DNA from: Octopus sinensis
Taxonomy: Eukaryota
Assembly (NCBI RefSeq): GCF_006345805.1
Contig: NC_043001.1
Span: 84,630,001 to 84,694,000 of the forward strand
Direction of reading: 5' to 3'
Length of the DNA: 64,000 bases
The number at the start of each line of letters is the position of its first letter. Positions within the stretch are counted from its first letter, which is position 1. Both the position numbers and the translations under genes were made by a program. This document shows, one piece after another, positions 63,158-64,000 of the stretch. The notes under the pieces were generated by a model. The model made no database searches. It saw only the letters and a program-made list of their open reading frames with translations, and was not told the DNA's origin.

Positions 63158-64000
63158 GAACTCACGTACCCAGTAATTCCAGAGTAAGTGGGGCTTATCC
63201 CTTGGTTCCATTCTCATAATTGTTTCGCTAATCGAGTAACAACAATTCAAAGTATGTCGTCCTTAAAACGGGCTTTGTGCATTTATTCAGAATACCGAAC
63301 TGTCTTCCACAGGATCTTGTTTTTAGGAATTCCCAATAAGTTATGAATACTCAAATTGTGAAGTCAGTTATGTAATAACACGAAATTAATTATCTGATAG
63401 TAAGAATTTAAATGAAGTAGCACCAAAAATAGCTTTAATACGTTCCCAGAGTTTATGGAACTTAGGAGTAAATACTAATAAGGTATGTATACAAAAATCT
63501 TGAAGTACGTTATGTAATAACAGGTTAATCAGATTTGAGATAATAACAATTCAAACTAAATAACTCTGGAAAAAGCTTTTGTGCGTTCGCAGAGAATATT
63601 ACCCTCAGCAGCGCTAGTGATGGTATATTCGTGAATAACCGAAATAAGTGGATATATTTTTTAGGAAAATACTATTTACTTGTTTAAACGTTGTACTGGA
63701 TAAACTGCGAAAATAACTCTAACAGTTCAAATACCAAGAAATAAGCATACTCAATTTGATTTATACGAAATAATTTACGAACATGAATGGGTTATATTCA
63801 CGAACATGAATTGGCTATATATAAGGATCCCTTTCAGGAGCGAATGCGTTATTTTCTTTGGATTTAAAAAATAATGCATTAGTTATATATAGTAGATATA
63901 AGAATCCCTTCCAGGGCCATATTATCGATTATTTCAACAATCTAAGTATGTCACTAGTTTTCCAGACATGTGTACTACTCACGTGCCAAGTTTCATCAAA

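Overview
AT-rich, microsatellite-dense animal DNA, almost certainly from an octopus (inferred from the S-crystallin genes and the repeat families). It holds one complete 7-exon S-crystallin gene (sigma-class GST-derived lens protein, + strand, CDS 8613-26915, 317 aa, all splice phases consistent by hand). Its central loop is split over two phase-0 exons, one a 20-unit [R/C][S/G][D/E]M tetrapeptide repeat with 9 RGD motifs. Exon 1 of a second tandem S-crystallin paralog starts at 57571, behind an AP-1/TATA promoter. The rest is mobile DNA: Penelope-like, CR1 and RTE LINE fragments, tRNA-derived SINEs, a Helitron nested in a mariner MITE, DD34D mariner, IR/DR Tc1, a probable DD37E element, a Tigger-like relic and a 5S rRNA pseudogene. 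Two signals are missed by the ORF track. One is an intronless, frameshifted SDR39U1 fragment joined to a truncated mariner. The other is about nine minimal type-I hammerhead-ribozyme motifs with palindromic helix III, often in fold-back elements. Four lie in intron 6 of the crystallin gene, where the three sense-strand copies have altered cores and the antisense copy is canonical. All identifications are by eye; no searches were run.
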